Source of the DNA: Sphaerodactylus townsendi
Taxonomy: Eukaryota
Direction: 5' to 3'
Length of the DNA: 64,000 nt
Assembly (NCBI RefSeq): GCF_021028975.2
Contig: NC_059427.1
Coordinates: 117,738,001-117,802,000 of the forward strand
Numbering within the stretch: the stretch's first letter is position 1; each line of letters begins with the position of its first letter. Shown in pieces: positions 61,350 through 64,000 of this stretch. Below the pieces are notes generated by a model. That model ran no database searches. It saw nothing but the letters and a program-made list of their open reading frames with translations, and had not been told where the DNA came from. The position numbers and the translations under genes were made by a program.

Positions 61350-64000
61350 GTATGACCAATGGCCTTTCTAACTGGAGTCCCTCTTGGCCCACAAAGAGAG
61401 GAGGTTCTGAGCAGGCCTCTCCTCTTTGTGATAACGATGCCACTGCGGGTGTGCTGCGTGAGTTTCACACGCTGCGCTCCACAAAACAGTCTTGGGAATT
61501 CAGTGGTAGTGAATATGTAAGGGGATCCCTGGAACTGGCAATGCCAGACCATACTGTCCTTTTCCCCCAAAAGAAATGCAAACTAGGTACAATGCTGTTC
61601 CACTCTACTGAACCATGTTCTGTTGGTGAAAACACAGTAGCGAGCTAGACCTTTGTAGATCTGGCTTATACACTTCCACCAACAGAGGTTGTGGAATCAA
61701 AAAGCATTGCCTCACTGAAATTGTGCATCTTAGTCTCTGGAAACAACTTTTGTGAGTCTATCAATGCAACTGAAATCTTCTAGTTCTCACTTTCCAGTTT
61801 TATCTCTCAAAAACGCCAGGTTGAACAATGTGATTGCTGACAGCTTGCATGTGGCTATACGTCCATTCTCTCTCCTTTGAGCATGCAGTGTTCAAAATGC
61901 TGATGCCCATCTTGTTTGGTTTAGCTTTAAACGACTGAATGGTGTCCTGTGGCCTTTCTGTATAGTACAGGTTTCACAAATACTGCACCAGAGCTTGCAA
62001 GAGAGGCCCATCCAGTAAATCTATATCATGTATGGGGCTTGGAAGGGTGAAGTTGGCAAGTGGCACAGAAATGAGGTGTCTCTATGCTGGTTTTGCAGCA
62101 GAGTTACAAATTCTGCTGTTTGCCACTCACTAAACATAAGAATAGCATTCTTGATCATGCTTTTAGTGAATGAAACATCCTTTTTTCAAAAGCCTGGTGT
62201 GTTTCGTATATTTGATTTTAGTTTCTGAACAATAATATGGTTTAGTCAAGACCAGCTCAAGCATTTTCATTGTTTGAAAATTAAAATCCAGTCTGGTACT
62301 CATTTGTCAGTACTGCCACCTCTTCTGTCTGGAGGGGAGTCAACAGAGCAACCAGTGGAAGCTGTTGGCCCATTTTTCATGGGGTGCCTGAGAAGAGATT
62401 GTACTTTTTCCTTCCTTCTCAGGAGGCTTGTGCAAAATAAGAGGATTTTGTGTCTCCTCTGTGACATTCTGCTGGCACAGATGTGACAATCCTGATTCCT
62501 TCACTTAGCATAGCAAATGTAGGAAGGCCCAGTCACTGCTCTCAGATACTCTGAGCAGTGTGAAGGAGCCACTTTTGAGGGTATCCTTTGTTTGCTTCCC
62601 TTACTGCCAGAGAGGGTGCAGTGAGCTGGGGGAAAGTTTGTGGTATGTTTTACAGTGCCTACAGACTGAGATGAAAGGTTTGTTCTGAGAGAGAGAAATG
62701 GATCGTGCTCCCCTTTGCTGCACATGGTTGTATTGGGAGGCAGTGGACGAAGTGTCACTGACGGAACTGGCTTTCCTTCCTTCCATGGACACCAGGGAGC
62801 TGGTTGTGTTGCATGCAACTTTCTTGGTGGTTTCCCTCCCCTGCCCTGTTTGTCACGTAGGACAGACAACTTCATCCTGGTTCCGACTTTATGAAAATCC
62901 ATGTAAAATGTAATTTCCATTTGTCACCCAAACTACCACCAATGTTGTAATTCAAAACATTTGATCGGTTAAAAGTGAAGCAGATAAAATCTAGTAAAGG
63001 TTGGAATTTTTGGTTGGAACATCTAGTAAAGGTTGGAATTTCTGACAGTCCTAAACAAAATGTCAGTGTCATGTTGTCATTTTATTTTGGTCAGAATACT
63101 GAAGGCCATGTGGGTATTTGGTTTCCCACAGCTGAACATGGAAGGGAACGTGGAAATTCTTCTCCACAGTCAGCATTAGGCTAACTCATGGATTGTGGCC
63201 TAAATCCTTAAAATGTTACTTTGCCTGCTGCCACCCCACCTCAGTTGCGTCCTTTCACTACAGTAGTTAGCTGCCTTTAGAGCAGTCTGTAACCTAACAC
63301 TCTGGATGGCTGCAAGCTCAGCCCAGTCAATAAATCTTCTATGTATTAATTTCTTGGGTCAACTCTTTGGGCAGTTAAAGCTGAAACCTAAAACGTATAA
63401 TGAAGCCTATACTATTTTTTAAATCAAATTTCACTTTTTAAAATCTTTAAGACAACCTTCCTTTCAATTTTGTTAAGCACATTCCAGACTTGCATGGCAG
63501 CTCGATCCTTCATTCTGTTTCAGATCCCCTTTCCTTTTCATGGGGCTGTTTTTGGAACAGACTGGGGGAAGAGGTACAGAGAAAACAACCCTGAGCTGGA
63601 GGTGGAAATCACTTTGTGTATGTAAATGACCTTGGTGGGCTGAGGAAACTGTCTTCCAAGCCTACTCTGGCACCAAAGACCCTCATTCCCTCATACCACC
63701 CTGTGATACCTATAATTATTGCAACCTGTTGCTAGTTCCTGCAGTGGAGATAGCAGCATTAATGGTTCTTGCGTATTTTTAGGGAGGGGATTGGGTTTCA
63801 CATGGACTGTTGTCCCAGCTTACATACACAATGAAGACTTTGCTTTTTAACTTAAGCAGCAAAAATAGGAAAATTATATGTGTTGCAGAGCATGTGGTCT
63901 GTTGTCTACAGTTAATTAAAAGGAAATTATAATTTGCTTTCGATTTAATTACTATGCATTTTTGTGTGTGCATTTTCTCCTCTTTTTTCCTGATCTGCTT

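Noticed and set aside
63950-64000. Polypyrimidine tract at the window end
   Set aside because: Probably precedes the next TNRC6C exon, but the AG and exon are outside the window so it cannot be called

Overview
Vertebrate genomic DNA from a squamate reptile, probably a gecko (Sauria SINEs plus (CTT)n-tailed Squam3-like SINEs). The whole window lies inside one + strand gene, TNRC6C (GW182 family miRISC scaffold). Fifteen phase-compatible GT-AG coding exons run from 22852 to 61349: GW-repeat Argonaute-binding region, UBA-like domain, Q-rich region and PAM2. The usual 5' exons and the RRM/C-terminal exons are outside the window. The introns hold a full-length but decayed DIRS1-type tyrosine-recombinase retrotransposon (5020-10434) with complete ITR/ICR architecture, three further DIRS remnants, CR1, L2, Gypsy-like, Penelope-like and hAT/MITE elements, and SINEs. 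Best leads: (1) a predicted internal promoter and in-frame alternative first exon (MVGRHLSS) at about 19.9-20.4 kb; (2) a sense-strand minimal hammerhead ribozyme in a Penelope-derived foldback at 34.3 kb; (3) a nested DIRS-in-DIRS deletion patched by a 106-bp inverted copy of nearby DNA; (4) an RBFOX motif cluster around a cassette exon. I found no convincing wholly new biological system. All family assignments come from recalled motifs; no database searches were run.
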